Shown piece by piece: positions 11,300 through 24,412 of a stretch of DNA of 64,000 nt. The stretch is from Albugo candida (lineage: Eukaryota), in contig JBDOQK010000005.1 in assembly GCA_040437565.1 (NCBI GenBank), forward strand, positions 682,001 to 746,000, given 5' to 3'. The notes below the pieces were generated by a model. It did not search any database, had not been told where the DNA came from, and saw nothing but the letters and a program-made list of their open reading frames with translations. Positions within the stretch are counted from its first letter, which is position 1, and the number at the start of each line of letters is the position of its first letter. The position numbers and the translations under genes are program-made.

Positions 11300-14200
11300 G
11301 TCTGTACGGAGATACTTTCCTCTTCGTCTCAGTCTAATTCACTTCGACGACTGCAACGATCGTCACAGCTTGATCAAACTGAGGGCGCCTTTCTCACATT
11401 AAACTTACATCTACTTCATGTTACTTACTATAGCTTATGCTTTGAGGTGGTCATTTATCTTCAATCCTAGTAATATAGATCCCTCCAATAGGACCTGAAT
11501 GATGGAATACCCAAAAGTAAGTGTACACCAATCGGTCTAAGAAGAACGAGAAGCCATTCGCTCACAGCGAGTAGAAGACCGATCACATCCAGGTATGTGG
11601 AGCATTATTGGGGACGGCTTGTCCCGTGAAACGCCTTCCAAACAACCCGAATGGATTCATCACTCGTTGTAAATACTATTGTGCTTGGAATCGAGATTTG
11701 ATTCAGACCGGTGTGCCCTCTCACCAAGCAAACCACGTCAGGAATTTAAAAGAAACACTTCACCGAGTTGCATTTCGAAACTGCGTCCTGGTTCACTAAC
11801 GGTTTGATCCATCCCGCTACTGGAGCGCTTCCACTTCTCATAACCGAGTTGTGAGTCGAGATGGATCCAATAATAGCATTTAACAAGTCATATTTCTATT
11901 TGAGTACCAAGATTGCTGGTGAACTCTCAGCTGCTTTCGTGCGACCAAGTGCAAGTCCCATACGATGAATTCATTAGAAGCTCCCGCAAAAACTTTTTCA
12001 TCATTGCAATGCTCGCAATTATTACGTCGACCATCTTCATCATTGAGATTTCCAGAAACTTTATTTTCATGCACACATTTTTTTTCAAATTCTTCACCTC
12101 TTCGGCGATAGATTTCGTTGTCTCGTATGCCAAAAGCATCTACTTTCTGTTTTTGCCTTTATGCTGAGCTTTTGTTCACTAATCTGAGCCAGTTAGTTTG
12201 TTTTGATTGCAAGCACACATAACTTTCCTTGACGCTTTACTCTGACGGTATGCTTTGTATTGTGCCTTATCTCACAATTTGTTTTAGCCGAATTCAACAC
12301 GACTTTAGTTGAAGCTGATAGTATTGTCGATTAATATTCGGAACACAAAATATAATTTCGATCAGTGCTATTCGTACTTTCGTTAAGTTCCGAACAAATA
12401 GTTCCAGTGCCAATGCTTCAATTCTTTCACAACTTGCAGCAGAGAGCGGAATGACAGTTTTGTGGTTGATCTTCAAAGTTACTTCCCTTTAATGACATGT
12501 GGGTGCTAATAGCAGCACTATCCAGTAATTATCTATATGGACTTTACTTATATGTCATAAAAGCATGTTCACCGCGACTTCGAGTAGTCTTATTGTACAA
12601 TTCCCGGCAGTATTTCTTTAGCTGTCAAATAAGCCTTTCTTTGTTGATGACTTTCTTTTCTACTTCGTTGCTAGCAATGGAAATTCATCTGCCGCTTTCT
12701 TCCTGATAATGTTTTCGAGCTCTCTTCGAAGCATTTTTTACGCTTGTATAGATCAACTCCTTGCATGTTTTGGATTGTCTTGCATATTTGCCATATTCAT
12801 CTGTTAGACTTCCATAAAATAACCAACTTCTCGTCCCCAATAACTCATTACATTACCATGTTCATCAGTTTGGATTTATAAAGTTCCTTTCTTTTCGAAG
12901 TCGATTATGTAAATTTACTCGGTAAAGTACAAGGCTGTGAAGTACTGTCCATGTTCAGTCACATTCCTGACCATTGCTTGTTGCTGGTACTTAAGGATAT
13001 TGATATGCTTGCATACGCCTTCGTACCATTGACTATCCATAATGTCATTTCTCAATCCCCGGTGCATTCTGCCCTGGATGCATCGGTATATTCCAAAGAC
13101 CTTTTATCATTGGCTTCATAAACTCTTGCGTGGAGAAATTATCTTCTTTTGGAAAAACTTTGTTATGGTCATTGTAGTACTTGATATTTCTACTCACTCG
13201 AAAAAAAACCCACAATTTGGCTTAAAACCTGATGAATACTAGTTATGGATCAAACGAAGTGAGGGCTGCGTATTGTTTAGGTCCTTGATTCACTCACTAG
13301 TAGCTTCAGAAAATTCTTGAAAGGGTCTGGTGGATCGACCACCGATGTATCGTATTTGGTGGTGAATCGATTCTCTTTCAAGAAATGTACTCAGCTTCGC
13401 ATGGATCGATTTTACCCGAAGCCGAAATCACATCTAGATACTAGAACAAAAACGGGACGACATTTTCAGGATCAGAACTATTTTTTTGTGAAGCACCCTG
13501 AGCGTCGAAGCATAATCGGAACACACTGAAGATATCCCACATAGCTGATCCTCGAAAACAGATATTGGCAACTGTTCCAATCTAGATGACAAATGGCCAC
13601 ATATGCTTTTGTTAGCTCCTGTCATTATAATAGAAATAGCAAGAATGCCTTTACTTTGCTCGAACGTCTTTTATTGATTGATTGGAGATGTGCGGTTATA
13701 TTCGATGTTTATACAATGAATTTTCACATATATATTCCTCGACTTCCTTCCATTCCATACTTTTTGCTTGCTATTTAGCACGGGCGTACATGAAATTCAG
13801 TAGACCCTGTTTTCAAGGGGTCCGCCCCAGCTTAGTCGGTTAAGCACTTGAGCGCACGGACCCCCTGCCGGAGGTCGTTAGTTCGATCCCCGGCAGTGTG
13901 GCCAGCGGTATGAGCCCACCCAAGCAATAAGCTTGGAAAATATCTGCCTCCCTAGATTTGAAGTCAGACTTAAGTGATATTCACACGGTCAGGGGCTCAT
14001 GATAGGATAAGGAAGGTAGTTAAAGNNNNNNNNNNNNNNNNNNNNNNNNNNNNNNNNNNNNNNNNNNNNNNNNNNNNNNNNNNNNNNNNNNNNNNNNNNN
14101 NNNNNNNNNNNNNNNNNNNNNNNNNACCCAAGCAATAAGCTTGGAAAATATCTGCCTCCCTAGATTTGAAGTCAGACTTAAGTGATATTCACACGGTCAG

Positions 14201-15800
14201 GGGCTCATGATAGGATAAGGAAGGTAGTTAAAGAACCAGATAAACAGCGTAATGAAATCCTTGACAAAGTAGAACCTGTTTTCTCCAATGATATCACCCC
14301 ACTAATCAATCAAATTGACAGGATGTCTTTCAGATTCGTTGACACATGACCAGAAGGAAGGAGCATTTCGCGGTACACTTAATGGAATGTTGCAACCAAT
14401 GATCAAAAAGTAATTGTCTTGGTGTTTTTGTATTCAGCCTTGAGTAATCGAATACGCATTCAATGTTGCAGTTGTACGAATTTCTTACCCATCTGAGACA
14501 AAGATGCAAAGAGTTGTCCTGTACCTACCCTTTTTCTTGTTCAACACCGATAGTCGAGGAGCATTTGCCGCTTCTTCCAGATACGATTGAGCTCGTGCGA
14601 GGTCCTCTTCATCTTGACATCGGATAAGTGCTCAAATTGCCTTCATGTATTACTCCGGACGCCTTCGATTCCACCTTAATAGCTATTCAATAACGGGACA
14701 ATCGCAGCATAAGTGGTTATTCCCGTACGAGACGGACTCAGGAATTTGATTTTCGAGCATCAAATGACCCCGCCATGAGAAAGGAACACACATCAGACAC
14801 TTTTATAAATCGAGTAGAGACTCCGAAAAAATGGTGCTCCCGGGTCGAATATTTCGTGACTGTGATCTAGGGAATTCATGATCATCGCAATGGTGCTGAC
14901 CCAAAGCATCGACGACACCCCTTTTGGAATATCATTCCAATCATGATGATCGGCATGGCATGAGCCGCGGCGATTAGCACCATTCAGACGATCTGAAATG
15001 GGAAGTAGGATTGTATTGATGCCCCTAGAATTATTTGAGCACGCGTCTCTATCTAATGAGCTTGTTGGAACGTGATGAAGTACGATGTGGGGTTCGTTAT
15101 GTTACGAATCACAGTCACGACACCTTTTGTTCCCATCCAAAATAATTGTTGACGTCAAGTCANNNNNNNNNNNNNNNNNNNNNNNNNNNNNNNNNNNNNN
15201 NNNNNNNNNNNNNNNNNNNNNNNNNNNNNNNNNNNNNNNNNNNNNNNNNNNNNNNNNNNNNNATATTTCGTGACTGTGATCTAGGGAATTCATGATCATC
15301 GCAATGGTGCTGACCCAAAGCATCGACGACACCCCTTTTGGAATATCATTCCAATCATGATGATCGGCATGGCATGAGCCGCGGCGATTAGCACCATTCA
15401 GACGATCTGAAATGGGAAGTAGGATTGTATTGATGCCCCTAGAATTATTTGAGCACGCGTCTCTATCTAATGAGCTTGTTGGAACGTGATGAAGTACGAT
15501 GTGGGGTTCGTTATGTTACGAATCACAGTCACGACACCTTTTGTTCCCATCCAAAATAATTGTTGACGTCAAGTCAAAACGACATTTTCTTAGGTGTTGC
15601 CGATCGCTGGAATAGATATCTTGAACGTAATCTTTTTTAGTGACGATTGTATCAATTTTCACTGGCAGCATGTTCATGTTATTTTCACATGTCGCCGACG
15701 AGTTGCCTGTAGTATTCAACGAAAACGGGTAAGTGATCAGCCGCGAAAGAGTATTCGTCATCAACTGTACAATTCACCCGATTCTTCGAAGGTGAGCTTT
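11300..15800 (-). mobile_element. Possible very old non-LTR retrotransposon remnant (R4/RLE-like)
   Basis: Only scattered motif resemblances: ILKYQQQAMVRNV, IDFEKK, and STRCERM...VHLLL near 11550. No intact ORF. Weak call. Confidence 0.22.
13815..14267 (+). mobile_element. tRNA-derived SINE-like retroposon (~245 bp after removing the gap and the 108-bp duplication)
   Basis: A-box/D-arm CAGCTTAGTCGGTTAAGC (13828-13845) and B-box GTTCGATCC (13881-13889). Flanked by AGTAGACCCTGTTTTC (13799-13814) and AGTAGAACCTGTTTTC (14268-14283), a 16-bp TSD with 1 mismatch. Confidence 0.75.
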
Positions 15801-16092
15801 TCTATCCCGCGTCGAACTAAGACAAGATGCTCCTAGTGAAGAGTACAAATGTCGAAGCAATTTGCGGTATTGCGTGGGATAAAAAGAAGATGGATCAGTA
15901 GTGTACGGGATGCTGTGCTCATTTTCTCTGAAAGAAAATCGAACTATACAGACGCATCAACTCAGAGCAATCGAGCAACATTATCCTTCGATTGCGGCTG
16001 TCTAAAAGGGAGAAGCTTAAACCGTTCTGTTCCTGATGGAAAGCTCGGGCCACTTATCTTCAAGCAAAATACAGCTCTAGACAAGATTAATA

Positions 16093-16164
16093 TGCCTCCG
16101 CCCGGGATTGAACCGGGGACCTTCTGCTTACAAGGCAGATGCTCTACCACTAAGCCACAAAGGC
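16093..16164 (-). tRNA. tRNA-Thr (anticodon TGT)
   Basis: Reverse complement GCCTTTGTGGCTTAGTGGTAGAGCATCTGCCTTGTAAGCAGAAGGTCCCCGGTTCAATCCCGGGCGGAGGCA gives a full 72-nt cloverleaf with anticodon loop CTTGTAA. Confidence 0.95.
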
Positions 16165-17824
16165 ACTACTTCTCATGGCGGCTACAGCGCGTACTCAGAC
16201 CAAGACTGCACTAACGAATCCAGCCAAACCGCCTGTTCAGAAAAACACGCAAGCTCCCCTTTTCTTGCCGAAGACGATGGTTATTGTCGACATCTCCAGC
16301 TTACCAATTGTTACATCGCCTGATGTGGCTAGTGCGGCTACATGTAACTTGTCCGTTACGGGCACGTTGCCGGCGGAAAGTACATCCACTGGCCCACCTC
16401 TACCGTCGGCCTCTGTCACGACGTCTGCTGAGGTAATTGGCCAATCAGGGANNNNNNNNNNNNNNNNNNNNNNNNNNNNNNNNNNNNNNNNNNNNNNNNN
16501 NNNNNNNNNNNNNNNNNNNNNNNNNNNNNNNNNNNNNNNNNNNNNNNNNNNGGAGCAGTTGGAGCACTTGACAAAATTATTAGAGTCATATCATCATACT
16601 GGTTCAGCACGGAAATAGCGAACTGCGCTGTGGATTACTCTACATCAGTCTTGCATGTATTTTTATTTATTAATGATGAGTTAGACATTTAAAAAGAAAT
16701 GTACGTCTATTCCTAGTACCTTCAACTTGATTGTATCTTCTACTTGCAGACCACAATGTGGTTGCTCAGTAATGTCATGATTTTATACAATGATATTGAG
16801 TACGTCGAGTCGTAGGTGTCAAGACACTAGCCGTTCACTTCCTAACATTTTGAAGACGATCAAGTAAGTGTCCAACTATATGGATAAACGCTATCGTGTC
16901 AAGGAATCACCTCTTTGAATTCAGCCGGCTGCAGTTAAGGCATCTGTCAAGTCAAGTAGATTGAGGGACTGAACGCTACGAACGACTTGAATGAGACATT
17001 ATTGTTGAAATTTGATCTAAAGACAGGAATATAAGTTCTTGTTAGCTTTACTTGTTTTCAATTGAGAATATACATCAAAGTGTTTCAATCTTGGCTGAAC
17101 CATGATGTAAGATTTCTAATCTAGCGTTGCCAAGTAGCATGAACCTGTGCCGCGTGACAATGCAGGAAAGGCTGTAGAGCTCATTCGGCCCTTTTACTTC
17201 TATAATGTATTATCAGGGGGTCCAGTTTTGTAGATTTACTTCAAGAGAATCCGCTTATAAAAACTTTGATATAGACAATGCTTAAACTGCGCAGTGTATC
17301 TTCCCCTTCTACCGTTCTCCTTACATGAGTGCGTATGCATGTAAAAAGTTGAAGTAGTGATTAGCATGCCACTACTTGCTTAGATGTATTCAAACCTGGA
17401 AGAAATCTGGGCAAGTATGATACGAAGACAAAAATTAATCATCAATGAGACTATTGCGAGTATCGCAAAACCTTTCTGGTTGAAGTAAGACGGCTTCTCA
17501 TATGTCGATGTTGTGATCAGATGCAAATGTACACTTTCATTGCACACGTCACGACATGATAATTGCTACTCGTTGCACAGATCTGAGTTGTAGCACAAAA
17601 GCACACTGTACTGGAAAATACGCGTCACAATCCTGCAGAGGTATGTCATTGAAATTGTATGAGTCCTTTGACGTGATGTTGATGGGAAACACAGCTGAGT
17701 GGCAGAAAAATGAGGTCAAATCGATCATAGGTGCCATTAATGCGTACCAATTCAATGAAGACAAAAATCTGATCCTAACGCATATCTCATCTTTCCAAAA
17801 CCACTCGCAGCCGGACTACCTCAT

Positions 17825-17974
17825 TGCTATGCTCTGTGCTTCTAGCAGATCCCCTTTGTCCCTTGCTCGGGGTCTGCTCTGACCTACTATTCGAAAAATG
17901 TAAAGGACGTGTATTAAGATCTTTTATCGGCTAGTTACGTTAGATACGATAAAAGATACGCATAACACACATCA
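17825..17974 (-). repeat. Gypsy 3' LTR (150 bp)
   Basis: Direct repeat of 23329-23479 with about 6 substitutions and 1 indel, counted by eye. Confidence 0.95.
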
Positions 17975-20900
17975 TTTCCCTCTCCTGCTTGAAGTTTCGT
18001 TGAGGACGAAACTTCGCATTCCTTCCGCCTTGGCATCGGTACGTACCCACCGCGCCAATAATAGCGGGAAATCTTCCAAGAGGATTCGCGCAGGCTCCCA
18101 GCTATTTTCGGCTTCGTCCAATCCCCGCCATTGGACTAACACCTCCCACTGATGCGTATCAAACTTCATTTTGCAGTCCAGAAAACGCTGGACCATGTGC
18201 CCACCATTTGCATACGTTGCATATTCCCATAAATCTTCGGTAACCCCGAGATATTTGTCCCTGAAAATTTTTAAACGCATGATGTGCCGCGTGATGATGG
18301 CAAACGGGGCGACAAATTCCTGTACGTCGTAAGTCCATCCATTATTCGTAACCACCACGCGATGAGGACCCTTTTAATGGGGAATCAACTTGTTTTCGCG
18401 TCGAGTGACATTTCCTGATAAGACAAAATCACCCATTTCGAAATTTACGGCCTGCACGCCATGTTTCAATTTTTGTCGTCGTCGTGCCGCTTCGTTCTTT
18501 TTTCTCGCCGTATCGGACATTTGTTTGTGCATAGCGTCAAGTGTTTTGCTGGAGATAATGCATGTGCTTTTGTTGTTTCTCATTGATTGCATGCTCTGTA
18601 AATGACGACATCCCTGTCAGTCCAGCTGGCTTATAGATGATACTGATCGTATCTCTTGGAGGGAGTGCAGTAAACGCCGTCAGTGGGTTAACACCACCAA
18701 GTCGACTCGACGGTAGTTGNNNNNNNNNNNNNNNNNNNNNNNNNNNNNNNNNNNNNNNNNNNNNNNNNNNNNNNNNNNNNNNNNNNNNNNNNNNNNNNNN
18801 NNNNNNNNNNNNNNNNNNNGGCAAACGGGGCGACAAATTCCTGTACGTCGTAAGTCCATCCATTATTCGTAACCACCACGCGATGAGGACCCTTTTAATG
18901 GGGAATCAACTTGTTTTCGCGTCGAGTGACATTTCCTGATAAGACAAAATCACCCATTTCGAAATTTACGGCCTGCACGCCATGTTTCAATTTTTGTCGT
19001 CGTCGTGCCGCTTCGTTCTTTTTTCTCGCCGTATCGGACATTTGTTTGTGCATAGCGTCAAGTGTTTTGCTGGAGATAATGCATGTGCTTTTGTTGTTTC
19101 TCATTGATTGCATGCTCTGTAAATGACGACATCCCTGTCAGTCCAGCTGGCTTATAGATGATACTGATCGTATCTCTTGGAGGGAGTGCAGTAAACGCCG
19201 TCAGTGGGTTAACACCACCAAGTCGACTCGACGGTAGTTGGTTTATGCTCGACTGACACAGCGACAATAACAGCGGCCATTGTCCAATCGGTTGCCGCTT
19301 CTCGCTTAAAAGTGACCGCATTGCCTTCAGCAATTGCCTGTTCAGCACTTCAACTGATCCATTTGCCCATGGACAGTATGCAGTAACGAAATGGTGCTGC
19401 GCACCAAGCAGCTTACGTAACCTCTCCATTATTTCGTTTTTGAAATGTGATCCTTGATCGGATACTCACAACGCCACCACACCATAACGCTTAAACAAAT
19501 CCATCAAAGCGTTGACGGTAACTGCCGTGTTGGCAACGGTTGTCGGGAGAAATTCACAGAATCCGCTCATCCCATCCTTCAACACAAGGACATAACGCAA
19601 CCATCCAAGCCTTTTGGCATCGATAGGTAGTCGAAATGTATAATCTCATTCGGTTTTGTTGCACGTAGTGTTTCACCGTACGGGCGTGGGCACCTCTTAC
19701 CCTGAACCACCAAACAGTGTAAACATTTGCTAACAAACTCGCGCACGTCGTCTCTCATGGTTTCCATACCACATTTACCGCCAGAATTTCATAAGTTGTT
19801 CCAATTCCACGATGGCCTGCTACACCCGCATGAGCAATGACACATAACCATTGCTGTGATCCACAGCATGGTCTGGTATCCATGTACGTCCCTGTGCATC
19901 TACCCAAACTAACTTCACTGCATCCTTGGTGTAGCTGGTGGCCGCTTGCCCCACAAGCGCCTTGTCTTGGATTGCTTTGGTCTGCTCCAATGACGGCCAT
20001 TCAAAATCCGTTTTTTCTAGAGGCGACACATTCGTGACAACGGATAAAGAACAGCACCTACCTGACACGCGTTTTTTGTTATAATTAGGTCGACTCCACC
20101 GTGATAACAAATCACCCCATACATTTTCGCTTCCGGCCACGTGCTCCACATTATAGCGAAACATTTGTAACACCATCGACCATCGTTGGAGTTTGTCGGC
20201 TCTGTATCGAGCTATCGCATTATCGATACTCCTTGGGTCAAATATGAACTGTAGATTTCGATGGTCGGTGAATATATGGAATCCCTTTTGTCGCAGCAAC
20301 AAGTATTCCATCCGCTTGCATGTTTCTACTATCGCAACGCTTCTTTCTCAATCGTCACCCATTTCAACATACTTCCTTTGAACGACCCGCTTATAAATAT
20401 AAAAGCGAGCGGGAAATGATCTTGTTCCATTCTGGGTTTTGATAATTCCCTCGGTGCTACTTGTGTAATAATAGCCCCCCAATGATCTTGGGATGCATCT
20501 GTATACAGACACACGTCCCAAGCATCTTTTTGATGCGTCATTGGCACCATACCAGACAAAACTCCTTAATCTTTCTTCGACATGCATCTTGCTCGGAACT
20601 CCATCCATGGTCGCGTAAAAACACGGTCATGAGATTCTTTTTCTTTCTGCTTCCTGCAGCTTTCGTTGCATGTTCCAGAACGGCCTGTAGATCTTTTACA
20701 AGCTCCGTGTAATTTGAAATGTTGTTTCGCATCCAGTTCACGGCACATAAAAACTGTTGATTTCGGCCGCGGTTTCTGGAGGTGCGAGCTCACACAGGCC
20801 TTGTACCCGACTCGCGCAATGACTTATGCCCTCGCTTGAAATCCTCTTTCCACACCACACGGTTGAATACAAAAGAAAAGTGCATTTTTCTGGATGTAGT

Positions 20901-23328
20901 TTAACTCCAAATTCTTGGCATCTTTGCAGGACCATCTCAAGTGCATCCAGCAATTGCTTCTCATTTTCCACATATCCTAAGACATCATCCAGCCAAACCT
21001 GTACGCCTTTTCCTAGAACTGGCCTCATGACTTGTTCGGCTACCTGTTGTGCATAAGCAAATGCATCGGTCGATCCCATGATAACTCGATTTGCCGTGAA
21101 CAAACCATTCGGCGTCACCACAGTAAAATAATCTCGGCTACTCGGATGGAATGGTAATTGCTCGTGAAATCGAAAAAAATCCAAAGACAAATAGCATCTT
21201 GATCCCTCCAAATTCGCCAAAACTAATTCGAGGTGCGGCATGGGCCATGCCATAGGAACCGTCACTTCATTTATTGCCCGTAGATCCACCGGCATACGGT
21301 AAGATCCGACTTCTTCTTCGCTACAATACGTGGGGCACTTCCCCGTCTTGAATCCGGATTACGATATATCAAATCGTGCCTGATCAGGTCCGCGAGATGT
21401 TTATCCATGTAGTCTTTATGGAGTGGTGAATAACGTCTCGATTTCGCCATAAACGGTATGGATCCCTCTTTTAGAATGACTCGCAATGGTGCAACTTTGA
21501 CAGGAGGGTCTGCAGCGAATTCCACTCGGAATATATCCCCATACTTGATAAAAAGTGCCTTCAGACGGTCCGCTGACTCGATTGTGGCTCCTGCTTCCTG
21601 GACCTCGGTCATCTTCTCCTCCAATATGGCATTAACCGTTTCTCGCTGAGTTTCGCTACAGGTCACTTCCGGAGTGAAAAGACACCGTTCTGCTTCGTCG
21701 ACAGTATCATGAAGGTCTTCATACTTCTTTTTCTCACAGCTTTGCAAAGACTTACTAACCGGAGTATGTACTTCTTGCGTTTCGTCAACGGACGCATCCC
21801 AGACAGTTTGTTTTTCTCTTGCTCCTTGCAAAATCGCCTCCACCGAATACCCCGTCGTCTCCATCAAATTTCTATCCATGAGTAACGACAGTGATTCATC
21901 TTCTTCATTTACCATGACTTCCAAATTTCGCCATACCAGCGGCCCCCCCCCATTTGTAGTGAACTCCACACAGGCTGAAAGCACACTTCGTTTTACCCAT
22001 AATGGCGTCTTCCCTACGGTGGCTATCTTCAACGGAATCTTCGAGTCTTTTATCGGAAGATGTTTCGAAGCCGCAAACACTTTCACGAGGCCAGCGGATA
22101 TCATCCGACAATCCGATTCTGAATCCAATAGAGTATTGACATTTTCGATGCCATCCACCGTAGTCATGCCCTCTTCACTGCTACAGCTTGCCACCGCTTT
22201 TTTCACTTTCCGTTCCGATTCAGATCTCCTATATTTTAGCAAACTGTCGGCCTCTCCTGGTGCACATGACGGACAGTTTCGAACGGAATGTTCCGTACTA
22301 TCGCATTTCAAACACTTGAAACGCTGTTTCCTGTTTGAACCCGTTCGCAGAGACTTCTCGTCTTCACTTTTCTTATAATTCTCGCGCTGTAACAACTTGG
22401 TCGTCTTAGCTTCTTTAACCTCAACTCTGTGCGAGATACTGGCTGATGTTGATACTGGCTCCCACTCCATAAAGCTCTTCAATGAATCTCGGCCCCATTT
22501 GCAAAAAAACTACGGGATTCTTCTTCTTTGTCTTGTGAACATCCATTCCCAACTTTTCCAGGATTCTTCGCTTGAACGTTGGCGGCTCCAACGCATCCAC
22601 TATCCACTGAACAATTCTTTTTGGATCCGCTTGTTCCACATAATCCTGCAGACCGTGCTGATCCAATACCCGATATATCTGGTTTCTTAGGCGAGAAATT
22701 CGTGAGCTTGCATCGGTCAGAGTAAAATCCATCTTTAGCTTCCGCATTTCTGCATCAATCTTTGCCAAATCCACGTAATCCGGCTCTCCTGCTTCCCGAA
22801 AGTAATTTATCCAAACTTGCTCCGTTACTTCCATTGCAGATTTTTCCATCTCAAACTTCAGGATTTGCTCTGTTGTCCATACCTCCACGCACGCTGATAC
22901 CGGCATGACGAATGGTTTATTCTGGCAAGTTTCGTACGCCAGCAGCGTGGTATAATAATCCTGGTATCTCTTCACAAACTCCCTTTTGTCTTTCAACGTC
23001 TCCCCTTTGTACATAGGGTGTCTGGGGAATTGTGGCGCGTTGGCAAATCGGTCTTCCCCGGAAACATCCATCATCTCACAGTCCCCCCTCATCCGTCGAA
23101 CTCGCTCTTCCGTTAGCTTTCCGATGAAGGGTCCAGATGGATTTAACTTTCGAAATGTCTTTTTTTTGGCTTCTTCCTTCGGAGTCGGATGCTATCCGAT
23201 CCAGCTCCGCATACATGTTCTCGTTGGTGCTCATGTCGTCAACTTGTGGCACCGCTTGAGCTTCGACTATAAAGGCTATTTCTAAACCTTCGATAACTCG
23301 CACTAAAGTATTTAATTTAAGCTAACTT

Positions 23329-23479
23329 TGATATCCTCTGTGCTTCTAGCAGATCCCCTTTGTCCCTTGCTTGGGGTCTGCTCTGACCTACTATTCGAAA
23401 AAATGTAAAGTACGTGTATTAAGATCTTTTATCGGCTAGGTACGTTAGATACGATAAAAGATACGCATAACAAACATCA
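23329..23479 (-). repeat. Gypsy 5' LTR (151 bp)
   Basis: Direct repeat of 17825-17974, followed by the TSD CTCAT at 23480-23484. Confidence 0.95.
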
Positions 23480-24331
23480 CTCATCGCCGACCTTCAAACT
23501 AGAATAGCTGGGAAGGCGATGCGATGGACAAATCATCCAAGAATGGAATCATCATGGCGTGATAGAATCCGGCATATTCACGAGGACAGTACCGACGATT
23601 CCAAAATGCGCTGTGGGAAGCTGGCTATACATGCGTTCAGGCGGACGACACTACGACTGCTAGGCGGGTGCGATAGCGAGAGGGGCTGACGAAATTATTT
23701 GCGTCTTCACAATTCAATCGCCAAAGTGTCCCTCTCTACCCCGAAGTGACGCCAACTAGTACGGAGTTCAAAGATTCTACACAATTTTCCTGATTACTCT
23801 CACACCAATGATGCGATATCCATCGAAAGTGTCAAGCTAGAAGCAGATGTGAAGCACAATATATGGTGCTAACATGTTTTTTTGTTTCAAACTAATTATA
23901 GAGAAATTACTTCGCATTTTTACAAGGTCTGATCTACAACCAAGCAGGTAAAGGTGTTGACATGAATACGTGGGCACGATCGAATTATGAAAGCATAGAT
24001 TCGAAAACCGTCAACATTGTTCCCAAAACAACACTTGCTGCTGGCCGATGTGTGACTGCAAATCAGCGAAATGCTTCATCAGAATGTTCCATGTCACGCC
24101 TCCGATAAGATGAATCACGACCTGAAAAAATCATCCCCGTTTACCAGATCAATTTGACGATCATTACATTTCACGTTTGAGTGGCGTAAGCCTGATAATG
24201 AAACCACAATTTATAGTGGATCTAGATAATTCGCATTTGGCTAACGCAATGATATAACGTAAACATGGATAAATTACTTGATTATACTATGTTTGGTTTA
24301 TTGTGTATTTTCTCTCCGTGAGATTCGTAAT

Positions 24332-24412
24332 GACAGCTTGGCCGAGCGGTTAAGGCGATAGACTCGAAATCTATTGGGGTTACCCGCGTGAGTTCAAATC
24401 TCACAGCTGTCG
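24332..24412 (+). tRNA. tRNA-Ser (anticodon CGA)
   Basis: GACAGCT...AGCTGTC acceptor stem, anticodon arm ATAGA-CTCGAAA-TCTAT, long variable arm and T-loop TTCAAAT. Confidence 0.95.

Larger units (their letters stand above)
17825..23479 (-). mobile_element. Full-length Ty3/Gypsy chromovirus LTR retrotransposon with frameshifted gag-pol
   Basis: LTRs at 17825-17974 and 23329-23479 (TG...CA) with a CTCAT 5-bp TSD on both sides. PPT AGGAGAGGGGAAA (minus strand, 17975-17987). Gag knuckle CLKCDSTEHSVRNC; protease LLDSESD; RT LSLDFF...VWLDDVLGY; RNase H LYTDAS; integrase HAGVAGHRG/CLHC/DQGSHF/WANGSVE; C-terminal chromodomain WEVLVQWRGLDEAENSWEP. Confidence 0.96.

Noticed and set aside
9440-11300. 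Short ORFs after the Copia LTR
   Set aside because: No recognisable motif and partly duplicated by a gap; cannot be supported as a gene or TE.
13817-13896. Functional tRNA gene
   Set aside because: A and B boxes are present, but there is no acceptor stem or anticodon arm, and the TSDs favour a SINE.
13907-13918. GGTATGAGCCCA resembling the Copia PBS
   Set aside because: A short match with no adjacent LTR; it pairs within the SINE stem and is probably chance.
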